Both the position numbers and the translations under genes were made by a program. Source: a virus (taxonomy: Duplodnaviria; Caudoviricetes). From it: DNA of 28,221 nucleotides. Of the stretch, positions 9,339 through 18,600 are shown in pieces (position 1 is the first letter of the stretch; every line of letters begins with the position of its first letter). The stretch lies in the IMG/VR virus record IMGVR_UViG_3300007539_000147, positions 1-28,221 of that record. The stretch is one strand, 5' to 3'. The notes below the pieces were generated by a model. The model was not told where the DNA came from. It saw nothing but the letters and a program-made list of their open reading frames with translations, and searched no databases.

Positions 9339-10709
9339 TTAGTTTATTTGTTGGTCTCTTCTAGCTAATGCTGCTCTAACTCTTTCAGCTTGTCTTCTTT
9401 CTCTATCTTGTTCTAAACCTAATAAAGTTTGAGATTGTTCGGTATCTATTTCCAATGTTGCATTATTAAATTTACAATTTTCGAAAACAATACCATCTTG
9501 ACCAACTCTTGATTTGGTAATTGCGATGGTAGCTAGACCCATTTCTTTCTGTTGTAATGTTTTTGCTAGGGTAATAATTACGTGACCTACTTGTGCTTTC
9601 TTTATAGAACCACCCATCATATCAGTTGTAACTACTTCTGAACTTATGGATGTTCTATTTCCTTGAGCTGCGGTCCAACCTGCGACATCTAATTCATTAC
9701 ACATACTTTCAAATTGTCTCATCACTAAACCTTCTCCTTGCCAACTTTCATTAAAATGTTTGTCTGGAAGTACACAATCAATGTAATCTAAAACAATCAT
9801 ATCAAATTTATTACCTTCAGCTACCAATTTTCTTATTCTATTTTTGATAGAAGCTATTGTTATTCTATCTGATGGTAATTTTTCTATGATTAATTTACCT
9901 CTTCCTTTTTTATATGGTGCAATCTTTTCTAAAACTTCTTCTCTTCTAGAAGATTGTTCTTGTGCTGGTATCCCAGACCAACACGTAATATGTTTTCTTT
10001 GTATAACTTTTGGGTTATCCTCAAAAAATATTTGTAGAACACTAAACCCCATATTATAAGCTGTGTTAGCTATTTTAGTCAATACAGTGGTTTTACCAAC
10101 ACCAGTGGGTGCTAAAAATACACCAATCTCTCCTTTAGCTAAACCACCATCTAAAATATTATCAATACCGTTTATACCTAAAGGTATTGGGTCTCTAAAA
10201 TCATCAATTAAAGCTTCATCTAGGTCTTGGAAAACATCCATTGCCCCATCTGTAACTTCTCCAATTTGTGTCGCTTGTCTAATATATTCCTCACACTTAT
10301 CATAAGACTCAAAATCACCGTTCTCAATTATTTTATTAACTTTGACTATAGCTTTTTTAAGTTCTTGTTGTTTACAAAATTTAAGAGCTTTTTCTTGTAT
10401 CCACAAATGGTCTTCAACATTAACTTCCCTTATCTCGACCAACATATCAAATATGTTAGTTCTAGCCATATCGGAACTAACTTCCAATTTGGTCATTTGG
10501 TCTAAAACATCAAAAGTTGGTGGTGTGTTGTATTTTTCAAAATATTCTTTAGTCATTTGACTAATCAATTTAAAATATTGATTGTCAAAATACTTTGGGT
10601 CTATTACTTCAATTATATTATTAGCAAACTTTTTATCAGTTATTATTTGGTTAATTAATTTGATTTGAAACGTGTGTCCTAAATAACCAAAACTTTTATT
10701 TTCTCTCAT
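9339..10709 (-). CDS. Replicative DNA helicase, DnaB / T4 gp41-like (SF4)
   Basis: GIDNILDGGL..GE, Walker A APTGVGKTT, Walker B MIVLDYID, WTAAQGNR and ITKSRVG. Confidence 0.92.
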   Translation of the reverse strand: MRENKSFGYLGHTFQIKLINQIITDKKFANNIIEVIDPKYFDNQYFKLISQMTKEYFEKYNTPPTFDVLDQMTKLEVSSDMARTNIFDMLVEIREVNVEDHLWIQEKALKFCKQQELKKAIVKVNKIIENGDFESYDKCEEYIRQATQIGEVTDGAMDVFQDLDEALIDDFRDPIPLGINGIDNILDGGLAKGEIGVFLAPTGVGKTTVLTKIANTAYNMGFSVLQIFFEDNPKVIQRKHITCWSGIPAQEQSSRREEVLEKIAPYKKGRGKLIIEKLPSDRITIASIKNRIRKLVAEGNKFDMIVLDYIDCVLPDKHFNESWQGEGLVMRQFESMCNELDVAGWTAAQGNRTSISSEVVTTDMMGGSIKKAQVGHVIITLAKTLQQKEMGLATIAITKSRVGQDGIVFENCKFNNATLEIDTEQSQTLLGLEQDRERRQAERVRAALARRDQQIN

Positions 10710-10745
10710 CTATCTTACATCTTTTAAGGTAATTAATAAATACTA

Positions 10746-11195
10746 TTAAAGTGTAGTTTCTAGATATTTTCTCTCAACTTTTTCAGCTGACAATACGTCA
10801 GTTAATTCTCTTAAAATTCGTCCAAGAAATGGTCTAATATCTACAGTATATCTTACTTTTCCTGGGTATATCCAAGCTGGAAAAATTCTATGTGATACTA
10901 CTTCATTGTTCAATTTTATGTAGATATTAAAATATTCTTTAGGTGCTTCATCTAAGTCTTGTTCTGACAAATTGACAGTGTATATATATGGATTATAAAG
11001 AGACAATAAATAATCTGTGGATTTCATCTTTAATGACTTCATTATATCAGATTTTATATCATTTACCGTATCATACAAATTTAAAGACCTAATATTAACT
11101 GGTTTATACCCTTTAACATTAAAAAATCTTTGGCAAACAATGTGGTCTTCCAATGTTAGTAAAAATTCGAATTTTGTTATTTTTCTATCTTCCAT
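10746..11195 (-). CDS. Hypothetical protein (149 aa) in the replication operon
   Basis: Tightly packed ORF (1-nt gap to the exonuclease gene) between the exonuclease and the helicase. No recognisable motif. Confidence 0.75.
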   Translation of the reverse strand: MEDRKITKFEFLLTLEDHIVCQRFFNVKGYKPVNIRSLNLYDTVNDIKSDIMKSLKMKSTDYLLSLYNPYIYTVNLSEQDLDEAPKEYFNIYIKLNNEVVSHRIFPAWIYPGKVRYTVDIRPFLGRILRELTDVLSAEKVERKYLETTL

Positions 11196-11196
11196 T

Positions 11197-12213
11197 TTAA
11201 TTGTTTTGTGTTTTATAATAATTAATTTCTTTTTTTCTTATTTTAATTAATGGGTGAATAAATGATGTCCAATTGTCATCTTTTTTAGATAGTACACCGA
11301 ACAACCCATCTTCATTCATCATTTGTACTATATTTTCATTTTCTCTACCTTCTGGGTCTAAAGATTCGTTTATCAAATCTAATATTTCAGTCTTAGCTTC
11401 ATCAGTTAAAAAAACATTATTTAAATCTATTATCTTCTTATTAATTTTAAAAAACTCATCACCTTTCCTACCATCCGCTGAAAGTCCATTAGATAAGTTT
11501 TTTAAACCCCTATCTTTACTGCCTTCAGTAATTTTATTCCTAGTCTTAATTAATATTTCTTCTACAGTAACCTTTTGATTTTCTATCTCTGGAAAATGTT
11601 TTATTAAAGACTTTTCACCAAAATACATAATTCCTTTGATATTGTCACTTCTATCACCTAATAAAATTTTAACTATGGGGATGTTTGTTGTTGGGATATT
11701 TAAGGGTAATTTTCCTATTCTAACTTTGTCATTAATTCTAATAAGTGTATCGTTTGTATTTAGTAATACATTAACATTATCATCAACTAATTGTAATAGG
11801 TCTTTATCATTTGTTAACACTGTTTTTATTTCATTTTTAGAATGAGTACAATAATATGCGATGCAGTCATCAGCTTCACAATTATCGTACTCACCTTGTC
11901 TAACAAATAATTCTTCTAGATACTGTGATATCCTATTTTTTTGACGGAACATATCATCAGTCTTATCTTTATCTAATCTTTTTTTACGATTTACCTTATA
12001 GGTTGGATATAAGTCTCTTCTATATTTGTAGTTTTTTCTTCCGTCCCAAAAAACAACTACTTTATCATACGACTCATTTTCTAGATTTTTTTTGAGTGTG
12101 TTTAAGAAATAAAAAATAGCACCAAAATGTTTATCATTATGGTAAAAATCTTTTACACCATGAAATCCTGTTTGTAATATACTATTACCATCGACAACTA
12201 ATGTCTTTAACAT
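11197..12213 (-). CDS. 5'-3' exonuclease / flap endonuclease (T4 RNase H, T5 D15, PolA N-terminal-like)
   Basis: LVVDGNS, VFWDG, YRRDLYPTYKVNR, EADD, NDKDLLQL and the H3TH motif LLGDRSDNIKGIMYFGEKS. Confidence 0.92.
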   Translation of the reverse strand: MLKTLVVDGNSILQTGFHGVKDFYHNDKHFGAIFYFLNTLKKNLENESYDKVVVFWDGRKNYKYRRDLYPTYKVNRKKRLDKDKTDDMFRQKNRISQYLEELFVRQGEYDNCEADDCIAYYCTHSKNEIKTVLTNDKDLLQLVDDNVNVLLNTNDTLIRINDKVRIGKLPLNIPTTNIPIVKILLGDRSDNIKGIMYFGEKSLIKHFPEIENQKVTVEEILIKTRNKITEGSKDRGLKNLSNGLSADGRKGDEFFKINKKIIDLNNVFLTDEAKTEILDLINESLDPEGRENENIVQMMNEDGLFGVLSKKDDNWTSFIHPLIKIRKKEINYYKTQNN

Positions 12214-12237
12214 TTTGGTTATTTATGTGGTTAAATA

Positions 12238-12672
12238 CTATTTTTCTATCTCTACTAAATCTACTTGGAAATTCAATTCTTCACCCGCTAGTGGATGATT
12301 TAAATCTAAAATTACTTTGTCTTCTAATAACTCTTTAACTTTAGCTAGAATTGGTCTTCCATCGACAGTTTGTCCTTGTACTGTTTCACCAATTTGTGGA
12401 TTAAAATCTTGTGGTAAAGCCTCTCTTGGTACTTCCGTTTGAGCTTCTTCATTTCTTAAACCATAAGCATCTTCTGGTTTTAATTGTAGTGTTTTACTTT
12501 CACCTACTTCCATACCAATAACTCCTTCATCAAATCCTTTAATCATTTGTCCACTGCCAACTTCAAAATCTAAAGTTTGTCCTCTATCATGTGAACTATC
12601 AAATTTTTCACCGTTATTTAAAGTTCCAACGTAATGAACTTTAATTTTGTTTCCTTTTTCTACTTTTGCCAT
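12238..12672 (-). CDS. FKBP-type peptidyl-prolyl cis-trans isomerase, SlyD/FkpB-like with insert-in-flap domain and no His-rich tail
   Basis: VHYVGTLNNGEKFDSS, FEVGSGQMIKGFDEGVIGMEVGE, PEDAYG, then DLNHPLAGEELNFQVDLVEI. Confidence 0.93.
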   Translation of the reverse strand: MAKVEKGNKIKVHYVGTLNNGEKFDSSHDRGQTLDFEVGSGQMIKGFDEGVIGMEVGESKTLQLKPEDAYGLRNEEAQTEVPREALPQDFNPQIGETVQGQTVDGRPILAKVKELLEDKVILDLNHPLAGEELNFQVDLVEIEK

Positions 12673-12682
12673 TTTTTTTAAT

Positions 12683-13678
12683 TTAAAATATTTCTCCTGT
12701 GTCTTCGACAGCTAAATTATAATCACCGTCAGAGCCAATTATGTTTTTCCAATAATCAGAGTTTTCAGATTTATAATCTTCTATTGATTTTTTTTCTTCG
12801 CTAGCATCTTTACCTTTTAAAAAACCGTGTGGTGTAACTAAAATTTTACCATCTTCATAACCCAAACCATTTACGTGGTTTTTCATAATAGATATTTTAG
12901 TACGTGTAGCGAATTTTACTTTTCTTTTATCTTTTGTTGCTGTTATTTTAGATGTTCCAGCATTTTTTTGATTCCCAAACAAAAATACTAATGTGGAGTT
13001 TAACCAAAGTGATTCACCTCCTTTAGCTTTAATTTTAGGTTGTGAGAATGGGTTATCTGGTAGTTCAACCCACGGTTGATTTACCGTAATTAAACTATTT
13101 AAATATGTTGAACTAGTTTTTCTAGAACCAGTAATTCTTTGGTTTATCCCCATACCAATTTTATCAGATAATACACTAGCGTTATGCTGTTTTCCACCTT
13201 TACCATCAAAAGTCATTTTACATGGAACAGAACCAACTGAATCCCAAAGGAAAACCAAATCATATTCTAATTCACCTTTTTCTTGTGCATCTAACAAATC
13301 ATTTATATAATCAGTGATTTGTTCAATATATTGAAAATCGTTATTGAATAAGAAAAAACCGTCCCAATCTCCTTCCTCGGTTAACTCACAATCAAGACCC
13401 ATTAATTTAGCATGGTCAAAATCCCATTTTTGTTCAGTTATAATGAATACCGGTAAGATACCTTTCTTTTGAGCATCAACAGCTGTTTTAACTAAAGCTG
13501 TAGTTTTTCCAGTATCAGAATGACCAAGAAACATATTTATATGTCCCATGGAAGGTCCTGGTATTCCAGTAGCGTCTAAAAACGCTTCCCCCAAATCAAA
13601 AAACCTGTCTGGTTTGAAGGAAGCTTTTTTAGAAAATTTACCTTTAACGTCTTTAAAACTTTTTTTCTTAATTGCCAT
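12683..13678 (-). CDS. RecA/UvsX-like recombinase
   Basis: Walker A GHSDTGKTT, Walker B VFLWDSVG, TVNQ and KGGESL...S. Adjacent to the SSB gene. Confidence 0.85.
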   Translation of the reverse strand: MAIKKKSFKDVKGKFSKKASFKPDRFFDLGEAFLDATGIPGPSMGHINMFLGHSDTGKTTALVKTAVDAQKKGILPVFIITEQKWDFDHAKLMGLDCELTEEGDWDGFFLFNNDFQYIEQITDYINDLLDAQEKGELEYDLVFLWDSVGSVPCKMTFDGKGGKQHNASVLSDKIGMGINQRITGSRKTSSTYLNSLITVNQPWVELPDNPFSQPKIKAKGGESLWLNSTLVFLFGNQKNAGTSKITATKDKRKVKFATRTKISIMKNHVNGLGYEDGKILVTPHGFLKGKDASEEKKSIEDYKSENSDYWKNIIGSDGDYNLAVEDTGEIF

Positions 13679-13690
13679 TATAATTTAATT

Positions 13691-14566
13691 TTAGAAAGGT
13701 AATTCTTCATCAACATCTTGGTCAGCCTGTGGGTCAAAGTTACCTACATTTTGTGTTTGATTTGAATTGTCTCCAAACTCTATAGTACTTTCTGAGTCAC
13801 CATAAACATATTTTTTCAAATCACTATCCCATGTTGGGGTTTCTCCTCTAGCAATAGCTTCTAAATACTCAACTGGTTTTTGTGAATAAACATCTTTATA
13901 TGTTTCAGAATTACTTAACCATTCTTTAGCTGTGTTTTCATCTGTAGACAACGGACTTGGGTCCTCAGCCATCACCATAGAAACAACAGTATAGTTTCCT
14001 TTACCATTAGGTAATGGAATTGATTTCAACATTAATGTTAAATCTCTACCTTCAACAGCATCTGTAATATCTCCTCTTTTTTGGAAAATTGGGATGATTT
14101 TATCCATGATTCCGTCACCTTTATAATTCCATTTAAATCTCCAGAATTTAACACCATCTTCTTCAGCGTCACGGTCAATAATTTTAACAATGTAAAATTT
14201 CTTAGAACGATATTGTCTAGCAATTTCTTTGTCTTTTTGATTGCCAGTCATCCTTAATGCCTCTTCAACTTCATTTAATGGGCTTCTTTCACCAGTTGGT
14301 GAACCATCACCATTTTTACCTGGGTCCATTAATTTAACCCATTGTCCATCTACTTGTACTTCATGAAAGAACACTTCTTTAAATGGTGAACTACCGTCAC
14401 TTGTTGGTACGATTCTAATAGTTTTCTCACCTTCTTTTTCACCTTTAGGTAGATAAGTAGCGAAATACTTTTTAAGTCTTTCTTCTCTACTAATACTAAC
14501 TTTAGGTGTATTATTATCTGATTGTCCCTCTTCGTATTGTTTTAAAATTGCGTCTAAACTACTCAT
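13691..14566 (-). CDS. Single-stranded DNA-binding protein, T4 gp32-like
   Basis: IRIVP...PFKEVFFH, YIVKIIDRD, GVKFWRF, DITDAVEGRDLTL and an acidic C-terminal tail ending DVDEELPF. Confidence 0.85.
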   Translation of the reverse strand: MSSLDAILKQYEEGQSDNNTPKVSISREERLKKYFATYLPKGEKEGEKTIRIVPTSDGSSPFKEVFFHEVQVDGQWVKLMDPGKNGDGSPTGERSPLNEVEEALRMTGNQKDKEIARQYRSKKFYIVKIIDRDAEEDGVKFWRFKWNYKGDGIMDKIIPIFQKRGDITDAVEGRDLTLMLKSIPLPNGKGNYTVVSMVMAEDPSPLSTDENTAKEWLSNSETYKDVYSQKPVEYLEAIARGETPTWDSDLKKYVYGDSESTIEFGDNSNQTQNVGNFDPQADQDVDEELPF

Positions 14567-14602
14567 TTTTATTTTTTTTTGTTAATTAAATTTATATACC
14601 TA

Positions 14603-14631
14603 ATTATAACAAATAAAAAAGGGGAAGTCAA
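14603..14631 (-). promoter_or_regulatory. Near-consensus sigma70-type promoter TTGACT-N17-TATAAT with extended -10 (TG), upstream of the SSB/replication operon
   Basis: Minus strand reads TTGACT tccccttttttatttgt TATAAT. The -35 is at 14631-14626 and the -10 at 14608-14603, ending 36 nt upstream of the SSB ATG. Confidence 0.75.
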
Positions 14632-14642
14632 TGAACCTCCCC
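14615..14642 (-). terminator. Rho-independent terminator ending the upstream structural transcript
   Basis: Minus strand GGGGAGGT-TCATTG-ACTTCCCC-TTTTTT forms an 8-bp stem (one G-U pair), a 6-nt loop and a U6 tract, 26 nt downstream of the 238-aa gene stop. Confidence 0.8.
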
Positions 14643-14668
14643 CCTTAAATTTATTATATTATTTTTAA

Positions 14669-15385
14669 CTAATCTTCGTCTGGATTGTATACCCAACTAT
14701 TTTTAATATCACTATCATTATAATCTTCAACATCATCAGAAGTTAATACATAATCATGTTTGTCTTTTTGTTTTTTTAATTCACCTTTTTTTTCTTCCCA
14801 GTATTTTTTTGGTGATTGATTAAATGGTCCACTATCTAAATAACGTAATTCTAATTTTTCTTCTGGTGTTTGTGGTCTAAATTCTTCTATTTTATCTTCT
14901 AAATTACCAATGGAAGCCATTAGTTTATCCATATAGTTTAATTTATTTTCTAAATCATCTAACTTATCTATTAATGAATCTATACTATCTTTTTGATTAT
15001 TAACACTACTTTCCAAGTCTGAAGTTTTTTCACCAGTTTCTTTTGTCATTTTTACAATGTCTGTAACATCAATTTCTTCAGTATTTCCACTAACATCTGT
15101 TGTAACATCAGTATCCATAGATAAATCATCTTCCGTTGTGTCATCTAAACTCAACTCATCTTCTGTTGTATCTGTATCATCTAATGTTAAATCATCAGTT
15201 TCCACATTTGTTTCACCACCCTCAGTTTCAACTTCTTCTTCACCCTCCTCTTGTTCAGATAATTCAAAGCTTCCACCAGCAAAACCTAAAAATTGTTCAT
15301 CCAATTGTTTTACGTAACTACCTATTTGGTTGAATCTTTTTAATTCTTCAGATAAAATGTTTTCTATTTTTTTTATACGAGCCAT
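14669..15385 (-). CDS. Highly acidic coiled-coil protein (238 aa), possible head-internal or scaffold-like protein
   Basis: Long D/E/T-rich region followed by the heptad-like IDSLIDKLDDLENKLNYMDKLMASIGNLEDKIEE. Function is inferred only. Confidence 0.6.
   Translation of the reverse strand: MARIKKIENILSEELKRFNQIGSYVKQLDEQFLGFAGGSFELSEQEEGEEEVETEGGETNVETDDLTLDDTDTTEDELSLDDTTEDDLSMDTDVTTDVSGNTEEIDVTDIVKMTKETGEKTSDLESSVNNQKDSIDSLIDKLDDLENKLNYMDKLMASIGNLEDKIEEFRPQTPEEKLELRYLDSGPFNQSPKKYWEEKKGELKKQKDKHDYVLTSDDVEDYNDSDIKNSWVYNPDED
15107..15199 (-). repeat. Imperfect acidic peptide repeats (DDLTLDD / DELSLDD / DDLSMD) within the 238-aa protein
   Basis: Translation TDDLTLDDTDTTEDELSLDDTTEDDLSMDTD shows three degenerate units. 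Confidence 0.55.
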
Positions 15386-15396
15386 TTTTTATTTTT

Positions 15397-15615
15397 TTAT
15401 CCCATTAATAAACTCCTACCGTCTTCAGTAATCATTCTTTTATTAACTCTTTCGATAAGTCCGTCTTTTGTTTTAATTGTTTTACATTCTCCAGTTTGCA
15501 TATCACATACTTCTTCAAACCCTTCCTCAGTTTTCATTTCTTTTTTATAAACAGTACTAGAGATAGGTTTTTTGATTCCTAAATAATTATCTAAATTTTT
15601 TTCAATATTTTCCAT
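15397..15615 (-). CDS. Hypothetical protein (72 aa) with CDMQTGEC motif
   Basis: ORF preceded by the 18-nt late-type motif and closely followed by the 238-aa gene. Confidence 0.7.
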   Translation of the reverse strand: MENIEKNLDNYLGIKKPISSTVYKKEMKTEEGFEEVCDMQTGECKTIKTKDGLIERVNKRMITEDGRSLLMG

Positions 15616-15625
15616 AATAATAACG

Positions 15626-15643
15626 TTTTATTTATAAATATTA
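15626..15643 (-). promoter_or_regulatory. Second copy of the putative late-promoter element TAATATTTATAAATAAAA
   Basis: Exact match to 6098-6115; 10 nt upstream of the 72-aa gene start. Confidence 0.6.
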
Positions 15644-15664
15644 CGACATTACTAAATCTCTGTT

Positions 15665-18600
15665 TTAGTTTACAGCTAAATCTCTTCCACCGAATTGTCC
15701 AGTAGATGTTGACCATGGACTTGGTACCCAACCTTTTTCTTTAGCTTTTTTAGAAAAATACCTAATCATTGATGTTTGCCCATAATCTGGACCTGGTGTA
15801 AAGCTACTATCTTCCAAAGCTTTTTTTAGTTTAACTCTTAGTTTACTCATTAAACTACCAGGACTTGTATCACTTAAAGTTCTTTCTACTCTAAAACAAG
15901 GACACCTTTTGTTAGCAAATTCATTATGTCCTTTTAAAATATTCATCCATAAATCTGAGCCTATACCACCAGTATTGTCCAAAACTTTTGGGTTAGTAAC
16001 TTCAACGTCTGATTCTCTTGTTTTAACAATAACTGACATATTATTACCCATTTTAAGTAATCCTGTTTTAAATAATAACCACAATAATGTCCATTCCAGT
16101 GTTTCTTTTTGTATTCTAGTTGGATGGTCACCTCCTTCATCTTTACCATACACACCTATTTTATCACAATTCGCTATCATACTAACAGCTAAAGACCTAC
16201 TATTATGTCCCAAAGTGTGAGCACCAATTTTATTATCTGGTCTAGCACCATACAAAGTACCTTCTGGACTATTATCATTTCCTTCAGCTCCTCTACCAAT
16301 TAAAAAATGATAACCAATACCAGCAAATCCTCTATTTATATGTTGTTGATTTATTGTGGAAACTGGGTCATTACCATAGTTTATTCCAGCGGTAACATGA
16401 ATAATAATATAATCTAGTTTATCGTCATCTCTACCTCTAAAATTAGAATTACCGCTTTTAACTGATTCACTTTCTGTGGTGCTTTCTGGTTCAAAACCAC
16501 CTTGTCTTTGTATCGCTTTTTCTTCTTTAACTTTTTTCCTTACTTTATTTAAAAATGTTTGATTAACCTTAGCTACTAATTGTGTTATTTCAGGCATTTT
16601 GTGAAATGGTACTCTAACACCAGTAAACGTAGTTGTCATTGTATTTGGTTGTATATTGTGTTCTACATCTAAAATTAAATATGGACCACTAAACATAGGT
16701 ATATGTCTAAGTGAAAAATACATGGTTGGTTGTATACATACATTTCCCATAGCTTCTATTTTACAAGTATAAGACCTAGTTTTATATATGTTAAATAAAC
16801 TTAATCCTTGAGTTAAAATACTTTTATCATTAGCTGATTGAGCCATAGACTCTGTAACAGCAAATGATTCTGAAGTATTTTTAAATTGACTTTGGTCTAA
16901 AGTTATTCCTTTAAAAATTCCTTGACTTTGTATTCCAAAATCAACCGCAAACGCAACTACTTTATTATTTTTTTGTGGGTCATAATTTGTAGACAATAAA
17001 GGATTTTGTGCAGTCCTGCCTAATAAAAATGAATCGTTTTCATACTTACTTTTTTTACTTAATTCACCACCAAGTTGTGTAGATGGTGGTCCTACATACT
17101 GACATAAAAATTTAGGTCCAGAATCCAAACTATCCACTTCCAAATGAGTACCAAAAATTGCATCAGCTTCATCTTGAGTACTTAACTTTGGTATAGGGGT
17201 ATCTCCTTGGGATGTCATACCGTAAAAATTGATGTAACTAGGCATACCCATAAAATTAAAGAAATTACCTTGTAACAAAGAACCTATAATTGTTAATAAA
17301 CTTGCTTTTGCATTGTTAGGACTACCAAAACTCATGATAGCATCAGTAGTAATAATTGCTTTATCTCCCACATCTCTATTTGCAACATCATAAAATAGAA
17401 AATCTTCGAATAAGTATTTGTTACTGAATTCTTCACCACTAACCCATTTATCATTTAATGTTTTAAATACTTGATATTGTTCCAACTTATTTTCATCACT
17501 TTCATATGTTGAATTATTAGTAAACTCTTCTATTTCTGTTTCTGTGGTCTCTGGTAGAACTTTTTGAAGTTGTATGAATAATTGATTTAGATAGTCAAAC
17601 TGACTAAATTCCCATGACTCAATAACTTCTGTTTTAATCCTTTGTAAGAATTCTCTATTATCGATATTTTGGTCAGCTCCAGCTTCTATTCTAGCTGTCA
17701 CATACATTCTTATAATTTTTCTTAAATTTTTAATATTAGTAACATTAAAATCTATATTAAACTCTCTAAAAAATTCAGTAACATAATTTCCAGCATCATT
17801 ATATATTAAATTTAAAGTATAACCCGAAGATAATGAATCACTATAAAACCCAACATTTTTTCTTAATTCTTTCCATTCATTCGGATATAATGTGGTTGAT
17901 TGAGTTAATGAAATATCTGGTGGTAAATTTCCTTGATAGTTTCCAAAATTAATATATTGTGTAGCTCCCGAAGAAGGTGCTATACTCTTAAATACTAATA
18001 TATTCACATCTTTAGGGTTATAGAAATTAAAAGCAGTTTGGTGTGCTAAGAATTGTCTTAGTGTCACATTTATTTTATCCAACTGTGTTTTACCTAAATT
18101 ATAACTTAACTGTGTGTTACTTTGTGTTGTATTAACTTTATCTTGGTCTATCTTTAAAAATTCTCTTAATAATTTTTGAAAGTTCAAAGACATAATATCT
18201 TCCTCATCATAAAATACCTGTGGGTCTGGGTCAAAATATTTTGTAAAGTTTAAAAAATATTCTTCAAACCTATCTAATATTTCTGGTGTAAATATATCAA
18301 AAAGTTCTTCTATTGAAGCATACTCTTCATTATTTACAATGTCAAAAGACAACTGTTCTTCTTGGTCACTTAATATTCTTTTTAAATATTGGTCTGGTCT
18401 AGGTAATGTATTTGGTTTATGTTCAAAATAACCATAATTTGATAATCCCCAAACTAATCTAACAGCACCATTAGTCACATTTTGATTATTTTTTAAATAA
18501 TACGGACTTTCAACTTCAAATTCTAATTGTGATTTTTTCATACCTCCCTCACATGGAAATAATAAATATTGAGCTGTTGTATACCCACTTAAATAACCTT

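Noticed and set aside
6520-13678. Inteins, introns or homing endonucleases in nrdA, nrdB, helicase or recombinase
   Set aside because: Protein lengths are normal or compact, motifs are contiguous, and no splice-junction or LAGLIDADG/HNH signatures were seen.
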